The notes under the pieces were generated by a model. The model saw nothing but the letters and a program-made list of their open reading frames with translations. It made no database searches and had not been told where the DNA came from. This document shows positions 18,960 to 27,844 of a stretch of DNA of 64,000 bases, piece after piece. This DNA is from Anaerolineales bacterium (GTDB lineage Bacteria > Chloroflexota > Anaerolineae > Anaerolineales > UBA4823), in assembly GCA_046259385.1 (NCBI GenBank), contig JBJYWI010000048.1, positions 464-64,463 of the forward strand. Reading direction: 5' to 3'. Each line of letters opens with the position of its first letter. Positions within the stretch are counted from its first letter, which is position 1. The translations under genes were made by a program, and so were the position numbers.

Positions 18960-20421
18960 GGCGTTATCAGTTGAGAAAATCCTGGTCACGGGTGCCACCG
19001 GTTATATTGGCGGCAGGCTGGCGCCTGTCTTGCTTGATAAGGGTTACCATGTTCGGGTTATGGTTAGAGACCCTGCTCGTTTGCAGGGCCGGTCATGGGC
19101 TGACTTGGTAGACATAAAGAAGGGTGATGTACTAAAGCCGGGTACACTTCCGAAGGCGATGGAGGGGGTCGATACGGCGTATTATCTGATTCACAGCATG
19201 AGCGGAAGCGGGAATTTTCACGAACGCGACTTAATTGCGGCAGGTAATTTCGGATCAGCCGCGAAATCATCCGGGATTAAGCGAATTATTTACCTGGGAG
19301 GATTAGGTAATCCGGATGAAAATCTTTCGGAACACCTGAAATCGAGGCAGGAAACCGGGGCTGCGCTGGCGGAAGGCGGGGTTCCTGTGACTGAGTTCAG
19401 GGCGGCGATTATTGTTGGGTCCGGGAGTATATCATTTGAGATGATCCGCTACCTGACCGAGAGATTACCGGTCATGATCTGTCCGCGCTGGGTGTATACA
19501 CGTGTACAACCTATCGCGATCTCTGATCTGCTGGATTATCTTACTGCTGCCCTGGAAAATGAAGAAAGTATCGGCAGGATAGTTGAGGTTGGCGGTGTTG
19601 AGGTGATGACCTACGGAGATATGATGCTGGGATACGCACGCGAACGCGGCTTGAAGCGCTACCTGATCCCGGTGCCTGTCTTAACGCCCAGGCTGTCATC
19701 ATACTGGGTGCACTGGATGACACCTGTTCCATCAGACATTACCCGACCGCTGGTGGAAGGGCTGAAGAATGAGGTGATTGTTCATGACTTCAGCGCAGAA
19801 GAACTCTTTCCTGAAATTAAGCCGGTTGATTATGCTAGCGCTGTCAGGTCTGCTCTGGAAAACTTGGATTTAGGTGAGGTAGAAACCCGCTGGACAGACG
19901 CAATATCTTCCAGCTTAGGGGATCAGGATCCGGTGGTGATGAAAACCCAGGAAGGTATGATCATTGAACAACGGAAGATAAGGATAAATGCATCTCCAGA
20001 GCAAGTGTACACAGTATTTTCCCGCCTGGGAGGGGAAGCAGGCTGGTTGTATTTTGATTGGGCTTGGGAAATCCGGGGCATTATCGACCGTGTGTTCGGC
20101 GGGGTTGGTTTGCGTCGCGGCAGACGCGATCCTGTGGATATCCGGGTCGGTGATGCGGTTGATTTCTGGCGGGTTGAAACACTTGACCCGGGACGATTAA
20201 TATCACTTCGGGCTGAAATGAGACTGCCCGGAGAAGCCTGGCTGCAGTTTGAAGTCAAAAAAGATCAAGATGGCAGTTCTCGTCTTACGCAGACAGCCTT
20301 CTTTGCGCCAAAAGGTTTATTGGGTTTTTTATACTGGTACGGTTTGTATCCCATCCACAGGTTGATCTTCTCTGGGTTAATTCGCAAACTTAAACTAGTC
20401 TCAGAAATCGAAGAAGAATGA
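18931..20421 (+). CDS. NAD(P)H-binding SDR (NmrA-like) fused to a DUF2867-like C-terminal domain
   Basis: ILVTGATGYIGG Rossmann motif. C-terminal LISLRAEMRLPGEAWLQFEV resembles DUF2867. The start overlaps the previous gene by 29 nt and is uncertain. Confidence 0.7.
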   Translation: MRNQLKDNSRALSVEKILVTGATGYIGGRLAPVLLDKGYHVRVMVRDPARLQGRSWADLVDIKKGDVLKPGTLPKAMEGVDTAYYLIHSMSGSGNFHERDLIAAGNFGSAAKSSGIKRIIYLGGLGNPDENLSEHLKSRQETGAALAEGGVPVTEFRAAIIVGSGSISFEMIRYLTERLPVMICPRWVYTRVQPIAISDLLDYLTAALENEESIGRIVEVGGVEVMTYGDMMLGYARERGLKRYLIPVPVLTPRLSSYWVHWMTPVPSDITRPLVEGLKNEVIVHDFSAEELFPEIKPVDYASAVRSALENLDLGEVETRWTDAISSSLGDQDPVVMKTQEGMIIEQRKIRINASPEQVYTVFSRLGGEAGWLYFDWAWEIRGIIDRVFGGVGLRRGRRDPVDIRVGDAVDFWRVETLDPGRLISLRAEMRLPGEAWLQFEVKKDQDGSSRLTQTAFFAPKGLLGFLYWYGLYPIHRLIFSGLIRKLKLVSEIEEE

Positions 20422-20956
20422 GGAGCATTTGTTGAGTAAGGGTCGAAATGCGCATAAAGATTACCTGGAAAAAGTCCTATTCCGATCCGTACAGCTTGCA
20501 GCATGATGAATGGTTAGCCAGTGGTTATCTCATTGTAGTACCCCTATGAGGATGGACGTCTTTTTTTACGCAGCTTAAAATCAGCATGATTGTTGAATAA
20601 TTGCACATCGATCATAGCTGTGGTTTCGAATTCACCGTGGATCAGCCTTCTTACTGTGGGAATCGCGGGCAGGCAAAGCCCGAATTGATAAAGCGATCGG
20701 ATTAGAAATCGCGATTATTCTGGAACCCAGCCAGATTTACGCCAGGGAAAACCCAGATCGCATGTCCAAACTGGATCACATAATAAAGGCTGAAAAGGTT
20801 TACCCTTGAGTTTGTGTTAATCAATTAGCCCAGGAAGCTGCACCAATAACGCAAGCATTTATTGGATTTTTTTAACCTTAGCTAGATCATTTACCCAACC
20901 CTTCGAAATTTAAAATACAAACGCCTGCCCCAAAATAAATGTTTAAATCCCCTTCA

Positions 20957-20989
20957 AATTTGCGCAAAAAATGTGCAAATACTTGACAA
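20957..20989 (+). promoter_or_regulatory. Candidate CarH-type operator O2: three tandem 11-bp direct repeats upstream of the carH-like gene
   Basis: AATTTGCGCAA / AAAATGTGCAA / ATACTTGACAA at 20957, 20968 and 20979, in exact 11-bp phase. Fit nAnnTnn(A/G)CAn, with one deviation at position 2 of repeat 3. Repeat 3 contains the -35 TTGACA. Confidence 0.6.
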
Positions 20990-21011
20990 AACAACCTAAG
21001 TAATATAAACT
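20983..21011 (+). promoter_or_regulatory. Sigma-70-type promoter candidate for the carH-like gene
   Basis: TTGACA at 20983-20988. -10 candidates are TAAACT (17-nt spacer) or TATAAA (15-nt spacer). About 50 nt upstream of GTG 21061. Confidence 0.4.
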
Positions 21012-21060
21012 TATTCCGATTTAACTAAATTATCAATGCAAGAGAAAAAAGGTGAATTAA

Positions 21061-22377
21061 GTGGCAGAGATCAGTATTATTCCGACTTACAACTTAAAAG
21101 TGGTATTGAAGGAGACCGGGATAAAAGCGGACACATTACGGGCATGGGAACGCCGTTACGGTTTACCCCACCCTGACCGTACGGACGGCGGGCACCGTCT
21201 TTATTCGCAGTACGACATCAAGACCATTAGGTGGTTGCAGGCTCGTATTGATGAGGGACTCCGCATAAACCGGGCGGTCAAATTATGGCGCGGTATAGAA
21301 GAGTCTGGTCGGGACCCATTGCTAGAAATGCCTTTAGTGGATGCAGTTCGAGAACCCCAGCCATTTCCGGCTGTTTTGGGAGCATCAATCGTTGATCTAC
21401 GTAATCATTGGGTTGAAGCCTGTATGGATTTCAATGAAAGACAAGCGGAATACATCCTCGCACAGGCTTTTGCGAGTTATTCTGTTGAAGTAGTCTGTCT
21501 CGATATTATGGGAGCGGGTATATCTGAAATTGGAAAGCGCTGGTATCAGGGTAAAAGTACTGTGCAGCAGGAACATTTCGCTTCATCTCTGATTGTCAGG
21601 CGTTTAAATACTCTGATCTCAGCTGCTCCAGCGCCTACAAGAAGCGAGTGTGTTCTGGTTGCCTGCCCGCCACAGGAAGACCACATCATTTCCCCACTAA
21701 TGGTTACTTTGTTCCTGCGAAGAAGGGGGTTGAATGTTATTTATCTAGGAGCGAATGTCCCAATTGAGCGATTGGATAATGCGATCGAATCATCTGAATC
21801 CGATTTGGTTATTATGATCGCTCAGCAGTTATTCACCGCTGCGAATCTGCTTGAAGCAGCCCGTTTTATGGAAGAAAAGAACATGGCTTTTGGATTTGGG
21901 GGATTAGTATTTACTCTACTCCCTGAACTCAAGCAGAAAATTCCAGGCCATTATCTGGGCGATAAGCTGGATAGTGCGGTCAGTGTAATTGAGGATATTT
22001 TATTACGCCATCCATCTATCGATTCAAGTATCTCAGTGCCTGATAAATACTTAAAATCATGGAAGAAATTTACTGATCAGCAACCCCAAATAGAGGCGCA
22101 CCTGCGGGGAGTAATACAAAGAAATGGGATGCATGAAAGCCATCTCGAAATTGCCAACGAATACCTTGGACTTGATATAAGCGCTGCGCTGAGTCTTGGG
22201 GATATGGGACTGCTTAGCGAAGAGATCAACTGGGTGAAATTCCTACTCAAGAATTACGCGGTGCCTGTGGAACGGTTGCATGAGTACTTAGCACATTTCG
22301 GTAAAGCGATAGAGTTATATATGGAAGATGACGGAAAACCGATCCTGGAATGGTTAGACAGTGTGGAAGTGAGCTGA
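21061..22377 (+). CDS. MerR-family, cobalamin-binding light-responsive regulator (CarH/LitR-like) with about 130-aa C-terminal extension
   Basis: GTG start with AAAGGTGA SD. N-terminal MerR HTH (YNLKVVLKETGIKADTLRAWERRYGLPHP). Wx9EH motif (RWYQGKSTVQQEHF). B12 lower-ligand motif ExH in VLVACPPQEDHIISPLMV, followed by a Rossmann-type B12 domain. 438 aa versus about 290-300 aa for characterised CarH proteins (recollection). Confidence 0.8.
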   Translation: MAEISIIPTYNLKVVLKETGIKADTLRAWERRYGLPHPDRTDGGHRLYSQYDIKTIRWLQARIDEGLRINRAVKLWRGIEESGRDPLLEMPLVDAVREPQPFPAVLGASIVDLRNHWVEACMDFNERQAEYILAQAFASYSVEVVCLDIMGAGISEIGKRWYQGKSTVQQEHFASSLIVRRLNTLISAAPAPTRSECVLVACPPQEDHIISPLMVTLFLRRRGLNVIYLGANVPIERLDNAIESSESDLVIMIAQQLFTAANLLEAARFMEEKNMAFGFGGLVFTLLPELKQKIPGHYLGDKLDSAVSVIEDILLRHPSIDSSISVPDKYLKSWKKFTDQQPQIEAHLRGVIQRNGMHESHLEIANEYLGLDISAALSLGDMGLLSEEINWVKFLLKNYAVPVERLHEYLAHFGKAIELYMEDDGKPILEWLDSVEVS

Positions 22378-22472
22378 CCCTGTAATTCTATTTTTGATTT
22401 GATTCCAATACAGATCAAATGGAAATCTGTGATGCGAAATCGAAATATTGAAAAAGGTTTATGGAGGATACG

Positions 22473-23411
22473 ATGATTGTCGTTACCGGAGGTTCGGGTT
22501 ATATCGGTAGCCATATAGTCAAGAGATTAGCCAGCGAGGGGAGACATGTCCGCGCTATGATTCGCAGCCGGCAGCGAACATTACAGGAAAGCCGCCTGGC
22601 TGGATTCGATATAGAACTAGTTGAGGCGGATGTAACTGATGCAGATTCATTAAAACCCGCCTTTACGAAAGCAGATGCGGTCATCCATACTGTTGCAATC
22701 GCGATCGAAAGAGAAGGTACTACATATGAGGAAATAAATTTGATGGGTACAGTGAATGTCCTCCGAGCAGCCCGGGATGCCGGTATCCAGAGATTCATCA
22801 ACTTATCCCAGTTAGGAGCGGATTCGGGGCTTCCGTACCGATTCTTGGCATCGAAAGGCAGAGCCCAGGAGTATGTAGCCCGTTCGGAATTGGATTGGAC
22901 TGCGTTTCGACCATCAGTGATATGGGGTCCGGAAGACGAGTTCGCGAATACATTTGCCAGGTTGATCCTGATAACTCCGATTATCTTTCCGAATGTTGAC
23001 AAAAAAGCCAGGTTTCAGCCGCTCTGGGTTGAAGACCTGGTTACCTGCATCTTCAAGTCGCTGGAAGATAAAAATACATACCGCCAGCAATATGAAATTG
23101 GCGGTCCAGAGATACTGACCCTTGAAGAGATTGAGAGACGCACTCTAGAAGCGATGGGTACTCGAAGAATTATGGTCCCATTTCCGAAACCTCTATTGAA
23201 AACTGCAGTTGGGCTGATTGAAAAAGTGCTGCCTAACCCTCCGGTAACTCAAAGTCTGCTCGAATTGCTTCAAGTTGATAATGTCACCAGCGAAAACACT
23301 GTTTATCAATTCGTTGAAAACCCGAAGGCATTCACGCCTGATGCAATAAAGGGTTATATGCAGGAATTTAAAGCGCGCGATACGCTATCGCAATACCTCG
23401 GGCGATCATAG
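22473..23411 (+). CDS. NAD(P)H-binding atypical SDR (NDUFA9/NmrA-like epimerase family)
   Basis: Start at M5 of the track ORF (GGAGGA SD). MIVVTGGSGYIGSHIV. Confidence 0.8.
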   Translation: MIVVTGGSGYIGSHIVKRLASEGRHVRAMIRSRQRTLQESRLAGFDIELVEADVTDADSLKPAFTKADAVIHTVAIAIEREGTTYEEINLMGTVNVLRAARDAGIQRFINLSQLGADSGLPYRFLASKGRAQEYVARSELDWTAFRPSVIWGPEDEFANTFARLILITPIIFPNVDKKARFQPLWVEDLVTCIFKSLEDKNTYRQQYEIGGPEILTLEEIERRTLEAMGTRRIMVPFPKPLLKTAVGLIEKVLPNPPVTQSLLELLQVDNVTSENTVYQFVENPKAFTPDAIKGYMQEFKARDTLSQYLGRS

Positions 23412-23432
23412 AACTGTGGGGTTTTCATCAAT

Positions 23433-23876
23433 ATGAAGATTTATAAGCACGAATTCAGGGTAACCGCACCCGTAGCTGAGGTGGCGGAGTTTCACGGCGA
23501 CACTCGGGCGCTGAAATTACTCACGCCACCCCCTTTAGTGGTCAAATTCCATGAGGTGGAAAGTTTAGCTGAAGGCTCACTCTCTGATTTTACATTCTGG
23601 TTGGGACCAATCCCTGTACGCTGGAAAGCCATCCATAAAGATGTGGACTTAAATTCGGGCTTTAAGGATATTCAACTTGAAGGGCCTTTCAAATTCTGGG
23701 AGCATACTCATACTTTCTTAGAAAGTGAATCCGATCGAACGATCGTCAGGGATGAGATCAAAGCTGAGTTCAGCAATCATCCTTACCGGAGATTGGTTTG
23801 CCGGATGATGTGGGCAAATCTGCCAGGCCTTTTTGCTTACCGAAAATCGAGAACGAAATTAGCGCTTGAACCATGA
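23433..23876 (+). CDS. SRPBCC (START/cyclase-dehydrase fold) ligand-binding protein
   Basis: 147 aa. Size and pattern are typical of SRPBCC. Stop overlaps the next start (ATGA at 23873-23876). Confidence 0.55.
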   Translation: MKIYKHEFRVTAPVAEVAEFHGDTRALKLLTPPPLVVKFHEVESLAEGSLSDFTFWLGPIPVRWKAIHKDVDLNSGFKDIQLEGPFKFWEHTHTFLESESDRTIVRDEIKAEFSNHPYRRLVCRMMWANLPGLFAYRKSRTKLALEP

Positions 23877-25426
23877 AAAGAGTTGTTGTTATTGGGGCGG
23901 GTTTCGGCGGACTGACAACTGCAGCTGAAATAGCTAGGCAGGGTCTGGATGTGACTGTGCTCGAGGCGCATGTGTATCCTGGAGGCAGCGCTGGAACTTT
24001 TTTCCATCAAGGTTATCTTTTTGATGCCGGGGCAACTTTAGCAGGAGGATTTGCTGAAGGCGCGCCTATGAATATGCTGGGCAGCAGGTTTGATATAGAC
24101 TGGCAGGAAAAATATGTAAAAGAAGCTATGGTTGTCCATCTTCCGGATGGAGAAACGGTGACCCGCTGGACGGATGATGGTCGCTGGCGTGAAGAGAGAA
24201 CTTCTGTTTTTGGAACGGATGCAGAACCATTCTGGAATTGGCAGGAGCGAACAGCTGAAGGTCTATGGGATTTAGCCCAGCGAAATCCTGAATGGCCTCC
24301 ACAGTCGGTAAGAGGTGCTATCAATTTACTCCAGACTGGTTACTCATGGTTGAGTGCCCGCCGGTTGGATAAAAGAGAAATTAACTTAACTGCATATATG
24401 CCATATATGTTCCTGCCGGTTTCTTCAAAAATGAAAAACATCCCCGACCTCCTGCGATTGTATATTAACGGCCAACTTTTAATCTCCGCGCAGGATACAA
24501 GCGATAAGGTCAACGCCCTCTACGGTGCTGCGGCGCTTGACCTGCCCAGAAGAGGTGTGGCGAATGTTCCTGGGGGGATGGGGGGTATGGCTAAAAAACT
24601 TGTCGAAAGGGTAGTGAACTATGGGGGAAAAGTAATATTCAGAAAGGAAGTAATTAGTGTTTCGGATTTTTCTGATAAAAAATTTTTAATCCGCACTAAA
24701 CGGGGTGGGGAATATATTTCGGATGCGGTTGTCTTTAACCAGACTCCCTGGAATGTGGCGAAACTATTGGAGACGCAAGAATACAGGAAGCTGAATACTC
24801 TTGGTGAGCTCCCCAGGGATAACTGGGGCGCCTTTGTTGTTTACGCCGGCATAGATTCCAAAGGTGTACCGGATAATTTCCCCGAGCACCACCAGGTAAT
24901 CCATTCAGAACCTTTAGGTGAAGGAAATAGCATTTTCCTGTCAATTTCTCCAGCCTGGGACAATACCCGTGCTCCGGAAGGAAAACGGTCGATCACGATA
25001 TCAACACACACCAGACTGGATACATGGTGGCGTTTATATCGAAATAGCCGTCCAGAATATGAAGACCGTAAATCGCGCTACATTGAGAGGATTCTCAATG
25101 TGGCTGAGCAGGCATTCCCCGGTATTAAATCATATGCAGAAATGTTACTCCCTGGTTCGCCGGTCACATTCGAACGGTTTACGCGAAGGGAAAAAGGCTG
25201 GGTTGGAGGTTTTCCGCAAACCAGCCTATTCCGTACTTGGGGACCAAAAATTGCTCCCGGAATATGGATAGTTGGCGATTCAATATTCCCCGGACAGTCC
25301 GTGCCAGCAGTTGTGTTAGGAGGATTGCGAGTTGCAGATGGATTGATGGGGGAACTGGCTTATAGAAATCAGAAATCCTGGTTCTACAAACAGGGGAAAA
25401 CCGGTGAGATTCAATGCGCCGGATGA
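23873..25426 (+). CDS. CrtI/phytoene-desaturase-family FAD-dependent oxidoreductase (CrtD/CrtH/UfaD-like)
   Basis: N-terminal dinucleotide fold VVVIGAGFGGLTTAAEIARQGLDVTVLEAHVYPGGSAGTF. 517 aa. C-terminal GDSIFPGQSVPAV. Confidence 0.8.
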   Translation: MKRVVVIGAGFGGLTTAAEIARQGLDVTVLEAHVYPGGSAGTFFHQGYLFDAGATLAGGFAEGAPMNMLGSRFDIDWQEKYVKEAMVVHLPDGETVTRWTDDGRWREERTSVFGTDAEPFWNWQERTAEGLWDLAQRNPEWPPQSVRGAINLLQTGYSWLSARRLDKREINLTAYMPYMFLPVSSKMKNIPDLLRLYINGQLLISAQDTSDKVNALYGAAALDLPRRGVANVPGGMGGMAKKLVERVVNYGGKVIFRKEVISVSDFSDKKFLIRTKRGGEYISDAVVFNQTPWNVAKLLETQEYRKLNTLGELPRDNWGAFVVYAGIDSKGVPDNFPEHHQVIHSEPLGEGNSIFLSISPAWDNTRAPEGKRSITISTHTRLDTWWRLYRNSRPEYEDRKSRYIERILNVAEQAFPGIKSYAEMLLPGSPVTFERFTRREKGWVGGFPQTSLFRTWGPKIAPGIWIVGDSIFPGQSVPAVVLGGLRVADGLMGELAYRNQKSWFYKQGKTGEIQCAG

Positions 25427-25450
25427 GTGAATTCTGAAAGGAGAAGAAAT

Positions 25451-26401
25451 ATGAAAGTAGGTATTGTAGGCGCAGGACAGGTAGGTGCTACGGCAGCCTA
25501 TTCACTTGTAATGCGTGGAATCGGGCGTGAGTTGATCCTGGTTGATATAAATAACCAGCGCGCAAAGGCGGAAGCAGATGATATTCTGCATGCAGTTCCT
25601 TTTGCTCACCCGCTTCAGATTTCAGCTGGCGGGTACTCTGACCTGAGCGGTTGCCGGGTTGTGGTTATAACAGCCGGCGCAGCTCAAAAACAGGGGGAAA
25701 CCCGTTTGCAGCTCCTGGAGCGCAACGCGGCGATCTTCAGTCAGATTATTCCCCGGGTACTTGAGAACGCCTCGGATGCAGTTCTGCTGGTTGCAACCAA
25801 TCCAGTGGATGTCTTAACCCATCTGACAGCCCATATCGCCTCCGGGTACAGTGTCCCCAGCTCACGGGTGATTGGTTCCGGAACCACACTTGATACTGCC
25901 CGTTTCCGGGCACTTCTGGGACAGCACCTTGGTATTGACCCGCCGCATGTCCATGGTTATGTCCTGGGCGAACATGGCGATTCCGAAGTTTTAACCTGGT
26001 CCCTGGTGAAGGTAGGTGGTGTGCCTCTCGCCGAATTCTGCCGCCAGTGGGATATATGCACAGATGAAAAGGTTCAGCAGGATATAACAAATTGGGTTCG
26101 CAATGCTGCATACTCGATTATTGAAGGCAAGGGTAGCACCAATTTTGGGATCGGCAGCGCGCTTACGAGGATTGTGGAGGTGATACTGGGGAACCAAAGG
26201 TCCCTGCTTACAGTTTGCACTCCCATTAAACGGGTGGCAGGGGTAGAAAACGTCACCATATCAATGCCCCATCTTATTGGTGGCAGCGGAATTATGGATA
26301 CTATCCTGCTGCCGCTTGCTTTGAATGACGAGGAAGAGGCAGCATTGCACAGCTCGGCGAAAACGGTAAAAGAGGCGATTGATACTCTTGATTTGAGGTA
26401 G
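25451..26401 (+). CDS. ldh: L-lactate dehydrogenase
   Basis: Start at M9 of the track ORF (AAAGGAGAAG SD). [16 protein letters not shown] signature LGEHGDSEV. Gln at the substrate-specificity position ([11 protein letters not shown]). Confidence 0.85.
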   Translation: MKVGIVGAGQVGATAAYSLVMRGIGRELILVDINNQRAKAEADDILHAVPFAHPLQISAGGYSDLSGCRVVVITAGAAQKQGETRLQLLERNAAIFSQIIPRVLENASDAVLLVATNPVDVLTHLTAHIASGYSVPSSRVIGSGTTLDTARFRALLGQHLGIDPPHVHGYVLGEHGDSEVLTWSLVKVGGVPLAEFCRQWDICTDEKVQQDITNWVRNAAYSIIEGKGSTNFGIGSALTRIVEVILGNQRSLLTVCTPIKRVAGVENVTISMPHLIGGSGIMDTILLPLALNDEEEAALHSSAKTVKEAIDTLDLR

Positions 26402-26410
26402 GGTTTTTCT

Positions 26411-27838
26411 ATGCAGGCGATTTCTATATGGTGGATCAGGCGTGACCTGAGACTTTCTGATAACCATACTCTTAATGCTGCGATAAATTATTCCGAGCAG
26501 GTTGTTCCGCTGTTTATTATCGACCCCAAGCTGGTTTCTTCAGAACGGGTTGGCTCGAAAAGGTTGGAATTTTTATGGGGAGGTCTGGCTGAGCTGGATA
26601 GATCATTGCGTGAACGTGGCAGCCGTCTGGTTATTCGAAAAGGATCGCCTCTTGAGATATTAACGACTGTGATTGATGAGTGTGGAGCTTCGAAAATATT
26701 CGCGGAGGCTGACTATTCTGCCTATGCCCGCCAACGAGATAAAAAGATCGCTCAAAATCTTCCACTGGTTCTTATGGGTTCGCCGGGAGTGTCAGCACCG
26801 GGTCAGGTGCTTAAGTTGGATGGTTCCCCCTACACTGTGTTTACGCCATATAAAAAAAGATGGTTGTCTGAAGTCCTGCCTTTGGATAGTGATATATTGC
26901 CAGTTCCCGAACAAATCAAATCGCCGGACAAGTTATTTGGCGAGGATATATCAAACCGGTTAAATTCGGCGGATACGATTGGATTTTTACCCGGTGAAAA
27001 TGAAGCTCTCCAGCGGCTTCAGAGATTCACCCGAATTGATAATGGCGCCATTTTTATGTATTCCGCTGAGCGGGATCGTATGGACCTAGAAGGGACTTCC
27101 AAGCTATCTCCTTATCTTAAATTCGGAATGATTTCTGCCAGTCGAGCAGTGAGTAATGCTGTTGAGTTGATTGATTCTGTTCCAGGGGGCACGGCTCAGA
27201 AAAGTGCTGAGACCTGGTTGAACGAGTTGATCTGGCGTGATTTCTACATTTCTATCTTGTATCACTTTCCCTTTGTGGCGGATACGAGCTTTAGAGCTGA
27301 TATGAGGAATATCCGCTGGGTGAATTCCCACTGGGAGTTTAAACAGTGGTGCCAAGGACAGACCGGGTATCCCGTGGTTGATGCCGGGATGCGCCAGCTT
27401 GCCCAAACCGGCTGGATGCACAACCGGGCCAGGATGATCACTGCCTCTTTCCTAGTCAAGGATTTGTTGATCGATTGGCGTTGGGGGGAGGCTTGGTTCA
27501 TGAAGCAACTGATCGATGGTGATCCGGCTGCAAACAACGGAGGGTGGCAGTGGACTGCCGGCACAGGAACGGATGCTGCGCCTTATTTCCGAATTTTTAA
27601 CCCGGTAACCCAGGGAATAAAATTTGATCCTTCGGGTGTCTATATCCGCCGGTGGGTGCCTGAACTTCAAAATGTTCCAGACAAATATATCCATAAGCCC
27701 TGGGAAATGCCGGTGGATACTCAATTATCATGTGGCTGCCGAATTGGAACGGATTATCCTGAGCCGTTAGTCGATCACATCTTCGCACGCCAAAGGGCTC
27801 TTGAAACGTATAAAACTGCCAAAGTGCAAAATAGGTGA
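26411..27838 (+). CDS. phr: Deoxyribodipyrimidine photo-lyase (class I CPD photolyase)
   Basis: 475 aa with TSKLSPYLKFGMIS, WRDFY, GWMHNRARMITASFLVKDL, DGDPAANNGGWQWTAGTGTDAAPYFRIFNP. Confidence 0.92.
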   Translation: MQAISIWWIRRDLRLSDNHTLNAAINYSEQVVPLFIIDPKLVSSERVGSKRLEFLWGGLAELDRSLRERGSRLVIRKGSPLEILTTVIDECGASKIFAEADYSAYARQRDKKIAQNLPLVLMGSPGVSAPGQVLKLDGSPYTVFTPYKKRWLSEVLPLDSDILPVPEQIKSPDKLFGEDISNRLNSADTIGFLPGENEALQRLQRFTRIDNGAIFMYSAERDRMDLEGTSKLSPYLKFGMISASRAVSNAVELIDSVPGGTAQKSAETWLNELIWRDFYISILYHFPFVADTSFRADMRNIRWVNSHWEFKQWCQGQTGYPVVDAGMRQLAQTGWMHNRARMITASFLVKDLLIDWRWGEAWFMKQLIDGDPAANNGGWQWTAGTGTDAAPYFRIFNPVTQGIKFDPSGVYIRRWVPELQNVPDKYIHKPWEMPVDTQLSCGCRIGTDYPEPLVDHIFARQRALETYKTAKVQNR

Positions 27839-27844
27839 TTACTT

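Noticed and set aside
20265-20504. 79-aa minus-strand ORF at the end of the SDR-DUF2867 gene.
   Set aside because: It mostly overlaps the 3' end of a supported plus-strand gene and has no RBS or motif support.
22378-22472. Imperfect inverted repeat GATTCCA-N12-TGGAAATC between the carH-like gene and the next gene (possible attenuator or second operator).
   Set aside because: The stem is short and imperfect, there is no T-tract, and it has no resemblance to the 11-bp repeat consensus.
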